From Bacteroidales bacterium (GTDB lineage Bacteria > Bacteroidota > Bacteroidia > Bacteroidales > UBA932), in assembly GCA_017469845.1 (NCBI GenBank), contig JAFUFP010000045.1, positions 90,567 to 154,566 of the forward strand: a DNA stretch of 64,000 nucleotides. The letters run 5' to 3'. The translations under genes were made by a program, and so were the position numbers. The notes under the pieces were generated by a model that had not been told where the DNA came from, made no database searches, and saw only the letters and a program-made list of their open reading frames with translations. Shown here in pieces: positions 47,467-56,421 of the stretch. Every line of letters starts with the position of its first letter. The stretch's first letter is position 1.

Positions 47467-50400
47467 TCAATCCTCTTCTTCTGAGTCGGCGCCCTCTCCG
47501 AGGTATTTCGTCGGAGATACTCCGAAAGTATACTTGAAACGCGTAGTGAAACTCTGCCTTGTCTGGTAACCCAGCATATAGGCGATTTCCTTTATGCTGT
47601 ACATCCTGGATTTGAGAAGGGCCAGGGCCTTGTTCATCCTATACTGATTGATGTACTGTATGGGGCTCAGGCCGGTCAGGCTCTTCACCTTCATGTAGAA
47701 GGAAGTGCGGCTCATGCCGAGTTCCTTGTGGAGGACGTTCACGTTGATCTCCTCGTCCTTGAGCCTCTCGTCAAGAGCCTTGGAGAACTTCTCCATGAAA
47801 ATCTTGTCCAGAGGGCTGAGTCCCGATTCCTCGGAGGATTCTTCCGCAAGGGATTCCGAAGTCACGTTCTGCACCTTGGTCTGAAGCTTCGCACGGTTCC
47901 TCATCACGCTTTCCGCCACGGCGAGAAGATACTCCGATATGAAGGGCTTCAGGACATAAGCGTCCGCGCCGGTGTGGAGTCCCTTTATCTGTGACGCAAC
48001 GTCTGTCTTCGCCGTAAGTAGGATCACGGACACGGAGCAAAGGTCGCTGTCCTCTTTGATGGCCGCGCAAAGCCTGAACCCGTCCATCCTGTCCATCATG
48101 ACGTCGCTCAGCACGATGTCGACATACTCTTTCCGCAGTATATCCAGGGCCGAAAGGCCGTCTTCAGCCGTTAACACCTTTCCGCAGAAACTGAACAGTT
48201 CCCCCAGATACATCCTCATGTCGGGATTGTCCTCGACGATGAGAATGCTGCATCCTCCGAGAAGGCCGTTCCCTTCCGGAGAGAAGTCCTTCCCCGGATT
48301 CTCCGGAGCGACTGCCGGCTCATCCCCGAGAATCTCGTATGAATTCCCCGGAACGGGAAGCACGAACTTGAATACCGCCCCGCCTCCCGGAGCGTTCTCG
48401 GCCTTTATGGCTCCGTCCTGGAGATTCACGAGTTCACGGACGTAATTGAGCCCTATTCCGAATCCCTGCACATCCACCCCTCCGGAATTCTTCCTCGTAT
48501 GACGGGAGAAAATGCTTTCTGTCTCCCCTTCCGGGATTCCGGGGCCCTGATCCGAGACCCTGACTTCCACCATCTTTGTATCGAAGGGCCTGCCGTAGAC
48601 GGATTTCGCTTCAGATTTGTCTAAAATTGCCGTGGAAACGGTTATCGTCCCGGGATCGAGCGAGTACTTGATCGCGTTGGAAAGAAGGTTCGACATGATG
48701 CGGGAGAACTTCGACCCGTCGAAATCGAACGCCATGTGCGGCGATTCCACAAGGATAGTCTGGCGCTTCTGGATGGCGATCGGGGTGAAAAGTCCGACCG
48801 CTTTCTCGATTTGGGTGCGGATGTCATTCCGTTCCCTTCTGACCACAGTGTTGCTGGAAAGGTCGTTACCCAGGATCTGGTTCGTCAAATCAAGCAGTTC
48901 CCTTGCGCTGCGGGACACGAGGTCAACGCTCTTTCGGTCCGCAGGCGTCAAGACTGAGGAGCGCTCCAGGTCACCCAAAGGGGCTACGATGAGGGAAAGC
49001 GGAGTCCTTATCTCATGGGAAAGATTCGTGAAAAGATCGATTTTCGCCTTGTCGACTTCCCGTTGTATCCTCATCTTCTCTTCACGGGCGGCGGTTTCCT
49101 TTCTCCTCCTGTACCATCGCCATAGGGCGAGGGCCGACAATAAGGCTACGGCGGCATAGGCAAGGATAGCCCACCACCTTAGCCAGGGTTTCTGCCGGAC
49201 AGTGAACGAGAACGACTTCACCATATCGTCCGGAGTGCCGTCGGCCCTGAGCTTGAACACATACTTTCCGTGCGGAAGGCCCGGATAGGAAACGTACCTG
49301 TTCCTCATGTCGTGCCACTCGTCCTCGTATCCTTCAAGGGTATACTTGTAGCGTATGCTCAGGTGATCGTAGTTTATGTCTATACACTTGAAAGCGAAGG
49401 AGTTCTCATTATAGTCAAAGACGGCCGGAGAAGACATGTCCCCCTGGTAAGGGACATCATTCACAAGCAGATGATCGATATAGTACCGGATGTCGCCGTT
49501 GCTGAAAAGACTTCCTAGGTCATCTGAGGAAAAAACGGTCAGCCCGTTGGAGAAGGCGAAATAAAGATTCCCCTCAGAATCCTTGAAGGAAGTGGTATAG
49601 TAATCGTACCTGTTGGAGGTATTGTAATAGCTCATCCCTCCGCCGTCGGAAGGGTCCAGTTTCACAAGACCGTAGGCCGATCCTATCCAGATATTGCCGA
49701 GGTCATCCTCCTCGAGGGAATAGAAGGCGTATTCGAAATACGGCAATGAGGAAGAGAGTTTCCAATCCGGAAGGATGTATTCATCCCTGGATGCGTCCTC
49801 CCCGCCTATCCGCAAAACTTTCCTGTCGGTCGTAAGGCACCATACATCCCCATTCCTGGACAGAAGGGCATCGACGATGGCCGCACCTTCATCCAGAACG
49901 GGAAGACCTTCGCGCATCGTGCCACCTCTGCGGAAAGAAACCCTGTCCGAGCGGTACTCCAGGTAGAAATTCCTCGACGGATCGGCGGCGACGGGCACCG
50001 GGAGTTCACCTTCCAGTGTCATGAAAGAAGACTTGTCGGAATATTCGTACTGGTTGTAGTAGGAAGCGAAACGGATGCTCCCGTCCACGTCTTCGACTAT
50101 ACGGTACACCATGTTCCCTTCGAAACGGCCGACCTGTTCGGCGGTCAAAGCGTCTCCCGAAATCGAGAAGCGGCCGAGATAATCATTGGTGGCCAGCCAC
50201 ACCTTGTTGTCGGAAGAAATCATGAAGGCCCTGATGTCCTGACCGTCCAATCCGGAAGATATCCGGGCTTCGGTGACCCTGCCGGTATTCTTGTCGAAAA
50301 CGGAAAGCGCTCCGTTTTCAAGGAACCATATTCTCCCGGCGGCGTCTTCCGCTATCCCCTGAATCCTTTTCCCTTCGGAATGAAGGACAAGGTCGTCAAG

Positions 50401-51318
50401 AAAACCGGGACGCCCATCCCTGTGGATGACCAGGCCGTAAAGGCCCATCCTGGAACCGGACAGCCAGACATGGCTCCGGTCCAGGGCGAAAGTGCACATT
50501 CCGGAAGGGGTGACGCCGCTGAATGACGAAATCCTTTCGGCGCCGCCTGAGGATCCGACAACGAATATGCCGCCTTCCTCCGTGAAACAGAGAACGGAGT
50601 CTTCACCGTACGGAGCGACGGAAACGATTCCCGCAGGTCCGCCGCCGAAAGGGCGGAGAGACAGTTCATCCATATCGGCACGAAGAAGTCCTGAGCGGGA
50701 ACCCAAGACAACGCTTCCGTCACTGAGCGGAACGATTCCCCCTATGGATGAACCTTCTCCGAGGTCCATCCTCTTCACCAGTTCCAGAGAGCGGTTGAAA
50801 ACAAGAAACGTATTGTTTGCCGAGGCGAGGACGAAGTCACCGTCCCGCCCCGCCGTCACTACAAAGGTGTTTTCCGGAAATGAAAATGCGTATGAGGAAA
50901 CCGTTTCGCCGTTTTCCTTGTCCAGGATATAGATACCGGTGTCGTTCGTGAAGATGAGTTCCGACTGTGAAAGGTCGCAAAGGGTCTTGTTGTTACCGAA
51001 CATCGTGCTCTGATAACGCACAACACCCTCTTCCGGGGTCCAATGCCCGATGAATGAAGGGGTGGCAATCCAGAAGGTCCCGTCATTCTGGGGCAGGAAA
51101 TCAAGGACATTGGTGCTCCCGATGATTTCCATTATTTCGGTGCCGTCATAAGTATAAAGGCCCCTCAAGGATGAAAAGCAGATCTTCCCCTCCCGGTCGG
51201 CCTTTATCGAAGTGACGCTTTCGCCGTATGTCCCGCCGACAAGGACGGGCGACTGTCCGAGTGCGGAGACACCGGACAGAAGGACGGAAACAGCGATGGA
51301 GGTCAGGATTCTCTTCAT
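47467..51318 (-). CDS. Hybrid two-component sensor kinase/response regulator (beta-propeller, Y_Y_Y, HK, REC, AraC)
   Basis: FTNLSHEIRTPL H-box, NLLSNAIKY, GFGIGL, DIVLSDVMM receiver and C-terminal AraC HTH; divergent from susC. Confidence 0.93.
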   Translation of the reverse strand: MKRILTSIAVSVLLSGVSALGQSPVLVGGTYGESVTSIKADREGKICFSSLRGLYTYDGTEIMEIIGSTNVLDFLPQNDGTFWIATPSFIGHWTPEEGVVRYQSTMFGNNKTLCDLSQSELIFTNDTGIYILDKENGETVSSYAFSFPENTFVVTAGRDGDFVLASANNTFLVFNRSLELVKRMDLGEGSSIGGIVPLSDGSVVLGSRSGLLRADMDELSLRPFGGGPAGIVSVAPYGEDSVLCFTEEGGIFVVGSSGGAERISSFSGVTPSGMCTFALDRSHVWLSGSRMGLYGLVIHRDGRPGFLDDLVLHSEGKRIQGIAEDAAGRIWFLENGALSVFDKNTGRVTEARISSGLDGQDIRAFMISSDNKVWLATNDYLGRFSISGDALTAEQVGRFEGNMVYRIVEDVDGSIRFASYYNQYEYSDKSSFMTLEGELPVPVAADPSRNFYLEYRSDRVSFRRGGTMREGLPVLDEGAAIVDALLSRNGDVWCLTTDRKVLRIGGEDASRDEYILPDWKLSSSLPYFEYAFYSLEEDDLGNIWIGSAYGLVKLDPSDGGGMSYYNTSNRYDYYTTSFKDSEGNLYFAFSNGLTVFSSDDLGSLFSNGDIRYYIDHLLVNDVPYQGDMSSPAVFDYNENSFAFKCIDINYDHLSIRYKYTLEGYEDEWHDMRNRYVSYPGLPHGKYVFKLRADGTPDDMVKSFSFTVRQKPWLRWWAILAYAAVALLSALALWRWYRRRKETAAREEKMRIQREVDKAKIDLFTNLSHEIRTPLSLIVAPLGDLERSSVLTPADRKSVDLVSRSARELLDLTNQILGNDLSSNTVVRRERNDIRTQIEKAVGLFTPIAIQKRQTILVESPHMAFDFDGSKFSRIMSNLLSNAIKYSLDPGTITVSTAILDKSEAKSVYGRPFDTKMVEVRVSDQGPGIPEGETESIFSRHTRKNSGGVDVQGFGIGLNYVRELVNLQDGAIKAENAPGGGAVFKFVLPVPGNSYEILGDEPAVAPENPGKDFSPEGNGLLGGCSILIVEDNPDMRMYLGELFSFCGKVLTAEDGLSALDILRKEYVDIVLSDVMMDRMDGFRLCAAIKEDSDLCSVSVILLTAKTDVASQIKGLHTGADAYVLKPFISEYLLAVAESVMRNRAKLQTKVQNVTSESLAEESSEESGLSPLDKIFMEKFSKALDERLKDEEINVNVLHKELGMSRTSFYMKVKSLTGLSPIQYINQYRMNKALALLKSRMYSIKEIAYMLGYQTRQSFTTRFKYTFGVSPTKYLGEGADSEEED

Positions 51319-51487
51319 GCTCCAAAGTTATCAAAATACTCGCGCGAATCGTCGCTTTTGACGATTTTATTCCCCGTTTTGATGAAATTATTTCCACAAA
51401 AACGTTTCAAATCCCTCTTCAGACAATCCAGCGTCCTCCTTTCGTGACCGCGAAAATACCTTTGCGTCAAACAACAATCACACTATC

Positions 51488-54400
51488 ATGAACAAAGCCT
51501 TCTACAGATTCGTCACCGCCGTTCTCGCTGCGGCATTGACAGTAGCGGCATCGGCACAGAACCAGTCCGTCAAAGTCAACGGAACCGTGACCGATGCGAA
51601 CAATGAACCTCTGATAGGGGTCGGCGTGATGCTCGAAAACTCCACGACCGGTGTCGTTACCGGCATCGACGGAGACTTCAGCATCGAAGTACCGGCCAAT
51701 TCCACCCTGGTATTCTCCTCCATCGGTTATCTTACAAAGAAAGTGGTGGTCGAGCAATCGGGCACCATCACCGTAACGCTGGAGGAAGACAACCAGCTTC
51801 TCGAAGAGTCCGTCGTAATCGGATACGGAACCACCACCAGGAAGAATTTCACCGGAAGCGTGTCATCCGTCAAGATGGAGGACTCCCCCATCATCAACAC
51901 CACCGTCAACAACGCCTTCTCGCTTCTGGACGGAGTCGTCACCGGCGTAAACTTCCGTAAATCCGGTGAGGCCTCCTCGTCCCCTTCCATGTTGGTAAGA
52001 GGACAGAAGTCGATCGCTTCGAGTTCGAGCAATCCCCTCATCGTTCTTGACGGCGTGATCTACACCGGAAGCATGAATGACATCGACCCCTCGACGATCG
52101 AGAGCCTGAGCGTGCTCAAGGACGCGACTTCACTCGCCGCCTACGGATCGCAGGCCGCGAACGGCGTCATCATGATCACCACCAAGAAAGGAGTCAGGGG
52201 CAAACCCGTCATCAGCTTCAACACCTCCCTCGCCCTCGTCACCCCGAACTTCAGACCCGACATGAGGGACGGAAGCGAGTACATAGAGCTGATGAACACG
52301 AGGAGAAGGACCTCGGACCCTTCCGACTGGATGTCCTCCCTGCAGATGGAGCGCTACAAGGCCAATGACCCCGTCGACTGGTACAAATTCATCACAAGGA
52401 AGGGATTCAACCAGAACTATTCCCTCAGTTTCTCCGGTGCGACCGACGTCGTTGACTACTACGTGTCCGCATCATATCTGAACAACAGGAATTTCATCAA
52501 AGGAGACGAATACGACAGGCTCACTACGACCGCAAGGGTCAACGTGAAAATAAACCAGTACATCTCCGCGGGCGCCAACTTCAACCAGTCCTACAACCGC
52601 AACGACGGAATCCGTCCCGACTACTCGGCGGCGGTCACCCTCTCGCCCTGGAATGAACCCTACCTCTCCGACGGAAGACTCCGCAAATACGTCGACGGAG
52701 TGGAGATCACCTCCACCAATCCCATGTGGAACCCCCTCAACGGACAGGAAAGGGAGAACCGCAGGAAAAGCAGCGTAAGCGGCGGAAACATCGAGATCAA
52801 ATTCCCCTGGGTGAAGGGCCTGAGCTACAAGATAACCGGTTCCTACACCGAAAACACCTCCACGGTCCGTTCGTTCACGCATGAGACCAATTTCGTCAAC
52901 ATCTCCCTCGGAGAAGCCGGTTACACGACGGCCGAGCAGGACAAATACCTCACCGACGCCACCGGTTCTATCTCCGAAAGCAAGACCCGCTCATGGGTGA
53001 TCGACAACATCCTCACCTACAACAGGGAAATCGGCGACCACTACATCAACGCCACACTCGTATATACAAGGGACTCCCAGGAAGTGGATGCGTACACCAC
53101 TTCCGGAAGTGATTTCTCGGCCGTGGGCAACACCAACCTCGGATTCCACGGGCTGAACCTCGCCGCCGTGCAGAAATACAACTCGATGAGCTACTCGCTC
53201 CACAATGACATCGGATACCTCGCGAGGGCGATCTACGCTTACCGCAACACCTACCACATCAACCTCTCCGTCAGAAGGGACGGAAGTTCGGTCTTCGGCG
53301 CAAAGCACAAATGGGGCATCTTCCCCGCCGTGGGTTTCGCATGGACGCTGTCCAACGAGCCTTTCTTCAAGGTCGAGGCCATCAACAACCTCAAGTTCAA
53401 AGCTTCCTGGGGACTCAACGGTAACCAGTCCCTCTCCCCTTACGGAACCCTTTCCACGATGAACGTCGGAAAATCCGGAGGAATATCTTCATTCTTCGAT
53501 GAAAGCGTGGCCTGGGGACAGAGCGTCGCAGCGCTCGGCAACGCCGACCTCGGATGGGAATCCACCGCGTCATTCAACTACGGCGTTGAAGCCGACTTCC
53601 TCAAAGACCGCCTGCACATCGAAATCAACGGCTACAAGTCCAAAACCACCGACCAGATATTCTCGAGGAACATCCCTGTGATGGGTTCCGGCATCACCTC
53701 CCAGAGGGCGACCATGGGAAGAGTCGACAACTGGGGAATAGAGGCCGACCTGAGGAGCATCAACATCAACAGCAGGAACTTCACCTGGACAACGAACATG
53801 ACCTTCTCGATGAACCGCAACAAGCTCGTCGACCTTTACGGAAACGGTGAGGACGACATAGCGAACAGCCTTTTCCTCGGAAAGTCCCTCGGAGCCATAT
53901 ACGGATACAAGTGGATCGGAATCGTCCAGGAGACTGATACCGACTACATGGCCGCGAACGGCGCCAAGCCCGGAGACGTCAAATACGGCAACATCGACGG
54001 AAGTGAGGACGGCAAGATCACCGAAAGCGACAGGACCATCCTCGGATACAACAAGGACAACTTCCGCCTCAGCATGCAGAACACCTTCCGCTACAAGTCT
54101 CTGCAGCTATACTTCCTCCTCAACGGAACCTTCGGAGGCCACGGCTACGGTCTCGCGCAGAACAACATGGCGTACCAGACCTACGAAGGATACGCGAACC
54201 GCAACACCCTCGACCATCCTTTCTGGACAGCCGAAAAGCCCAGCAACAAGTATCCTTCCTACGCATTCAGCGACAACACCCGCTTCACCGCACTCCAGTC
54301 ATACGGATTCGTAAGGCTCCAGGAGGCCAACCTCTCCTATTCCTTCAACAAGGATCTCGTCTCCAAGATCGGACTCTCGGCCATGAGGGTATTCGTATCG

Positions 54401-54517
54401 GGATCGAACCTCTTCTTCATCGCCCCGCACTGGGTGGGCAGTGACCCTGAAGTGAGGAGCTACTCCTCCGCACAACTTCCCAGGACCGTCACGGTCGGTG
54501 CTTCAATAACTTTCTAA
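51488..54517 (+). CDS. susC: SusC/RagA-family TonB-dependent transporter
   Basis: N-terminal carboxypeptidase-regulatory-like domain, VVIGYG, PLIVLDG, VLKDATSLAAYGSQAANGVIMITTKKG plug signature; ends in Phe. Confidence 0.95.
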   Translation: MNKAFYRFVTAVLAAALTVAASAQNQSVKVNGTVTDANNEPLIGVGVMLENSTTGVVTGIDGDFSIEVPANSTLVFSSIGYLTKKVVVEQSGTITVTLEEDNQLLEESVVIGYGTTTRKNFTGSVSSVKMEDSPIINTTVNNAFSLLDGVVTGVNFRKSGEASSSPSMLVRGQKSIASSSSNPLIVLDGVIYTGSMNDIDPSTIESLSVLKDATSLAAYGSQAANGVIMITTKKGVRGKPVISFNTSLALVTPNFRPDMRDGSEYIELMNTRRRTSDPSDWMSSLQMERYKANDPVDWYKFITRKGFNQNYSLSFSGATDVVDYYVSASYLNNRNFIKGDEYDRLTTTARVNVKINQYISAGANFNQSYNRNDGIRPDYSAAVTLSPWNEPYLSDGRLRKYVDGVEITSTNPMWNPLNGQERENRRKSSVSGGNIEIKFPWVKGLSYKITGSYTENTSTVRSFTHETNFVNISLGEAGYTTAEQDKYLTDATGSISESKTRSWVIDNILTYNREIGDHYINATLVYTRDSQEVDAYTTSGSDFSAVGNTNLGFHGLNLAAVQKYNSMSYSLHNDIGYLARAIYAYRNTYHINLSVRRDGSSVFGAKHKWGIFPAVGFAWTLSNEPFFKVEAINNLKFKASWGLNGNQSLSPYGTLSTMNVGKSGGISSFFDESVAWGQSVAALGNADLGWESTASFNYGVEADFLKDRLHIEINGYKSKTTDQIFSRNIPVMGSGITSQRATMGRVDNWGIEADLRSININSRNFTWTTNMTFSMNRNKLVDLYGNGEDDIANSLFLGKSLGAIYGYKWIGIVQETDTDYMAANGAKPGDVKYGNIDGSEDGKITESDRTILGYNKDNFRLSMQNTFRYKSLQLYFLLNGTFGGHGYGLAQNNMAYQTYEGYANRNTLDHPFWTAEKPSNKYPSYAFSDNTRFTALQSYGFVRLQEANLSYSFNKDLVSKIGLSAMRVFVSGSNLFFIAPHWVGSDPEVRSYSSAQLPRTVTVGASITF

Positions 54518-54563
54518 AGCGACGGGAAAGGTTTCCATAATGAGACATTAAAAGACAGCCAAA

Positions 54564-56396
54564 ATGAAAACAACAAAATATCTGATTCCGGCAGTACTTT
54601 GCCTTATGGGCATTTCGGCATGCAACGACGAGGACTTCCTCGAGGAAAAGCCCAAAACGTTGTACACCACCACGACGGCTTTCGAAAAAAGTTCCCAAGT
54701 GGAGTCCCAGCTTGTGACGGCGTACAGAAAGATTTTCTCCCTCCACGGATACGCCAACGAATCCCTGGCACCGAGTCCGGCCCTTTTGGGCGGTGTTGGT
54801 TCTGACGTATTCGACATCTTCCATTCCCTCGTCGGAGAAGGCGCGGCCGGATGGTCGAACTACGCCCTTTGGAATTCTTCGGATTCAAGGTTCAGCACCC
54901 TCTGGGACGACCTTTATCAGCTGGTCAGCTACGCGAACCTCGCCCTTCTGGGAGCTGAGAACGTAGAATGGAACGACGAAAGCGAAAAAACTTATCAGAC
55001 GGCCCAGGCCAAATTCTTCAGAGGATACGCCTACCTGAGGCTGGCCGAGTGTTTCGGCGGAGTCCCGATCGTGGACGAGTTCACCGAGACCCTGCGCCTC
55101 GATTACGAGAGGGCGACAAGGGAGGAGAGCTACAAATTCGCCATCGAGAACCTCGAAGCTGCGGCTGAAGGTCTCCCCGACTACCCCAGGAATGACGGAA
55201 AGGTCGGCAAGGGTGCCGCATACCATTTCCTCGCGGAGGCTTATCTGGGCCTCGGAGTAGAAACGTCCAACTCTTCAGGAGACTGCTACTCGAAAGCAGT
55301 CCAGGCGGCTGAAAAGACTATAGCCCTCCATCCCCTCATGACGAAGCGTTTCTGAGTAAGGGCTAACCCGGACTCGAAGTCCGTCAACAACGGAGTTCCC
55401 GCATACAAACCGGAAGGAAACGTCTTCTACGACCTGTTCCAGATCGGCAACTACCCCTATTCCGCGGGCAACACCGAGTCAGTGTGGATAATCGACATCC
55501 CCACATACGAATCCATCCAGGGTGCAGGAATTTCCGAGGGTCCTTACGCCAGGTACATGAACAACGGAAGCATCTATTACCTCACCATGAACACCGGTCC
55601 CATCTTCAGGGACATGAGGTGGAAACCGGAATACAGGGAAGCAGGCGCCAACGACTCCCCCTTCATGGGCAACATAGACCTCGCGAAGTATCCGGGTGGC
55701 AACCTCTGCGCATATCTGGGTGGATTCTCCATCGGCAGGGTCGCCGAGACGAAATACATCTCCGACAAAGTATGGGCCGGTGATCTTGCCAAGGACATGA
55801 GGAACGACCCGATCAACATCTGCAGGGAATTCATCTGCCTTGACAGGGATCACAGCCGCTACGGCACCGTCGTCAAAGCGGAAGAACTCCAGGATCCAGC
55901 CGGAATGTTCCCGCTCCGCTCAAAAACCGCCATGCAGGATGACTGGGGATGGCATTCTTCAGCTATGGACGAGCACATCGCCCAATACGGAAGGGACTGG
56001 TATGTCGTCCGTTCCGCCGAAACCTACCTCCTTGCCGCCGAAGCGTATCTTCGTGACGGAAACGCCGAGAAAGCAGCGCAGGCACTGAACGCGGTCCGTT
56101 CCAGGGCTGAAGCCTCCACCCTTTTCTCAGCCTCCCAGATCGACATCTACACCATCCTCGACGAAAGGGCAAGGGAACTCTCATATGAAGAAAGGCGTTG
56201 GCCCACACTCCTCAGGATGGGTTCCTCCGTCGACGGAAAGAACGAAGTCATGGTCAACCAGCTCAAGAAAAACGCCATGTTCATCGCCGACTTCACCTAC
56301 TACACCGGAGAAATAGGCTGGACACTCTTCCCCATCCCCCTGAAATACATCCAGATGAACTCCGAAGCCGAGATGGCTCAGAACAAGGGCTGGTAA
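54564..56396 (+). pseudogene. susD: SusD/RagB-family lipoprotein interrupted by one in-frame TGA (55353-55355)
   Basis: Lipobox ISAC, ACNDEDFLEEKP, AKFFRGYAYL.L...FGGVPI; the same frame continues after the TGA to RSAETYLLAAEA and ILDERAREL.YEE.RW..L.R. Confidence 0.85.
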
Positions 56397-56421
56397 TAAC
56401 CCTCATAAACGCGCTCAGCAA

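Noticed and set aside
55353-55400. Selenocysteine or programmed readthrough at the susD TGA (small hairpin ggact-cga-agtcc downstream)
   Set aside because: The position appears to correspond to Gly rather than Cys, the hairpin is too weak to call a SECIS, and no sel genes are in view; nonsense mutation or sequence error is simpler.
54564-56396. Two separate genes (54564..55355 and 55482..56396)
   Set aside because: Both are in the same frame and are the N- and C-halves of one SusD separated by a single stop.
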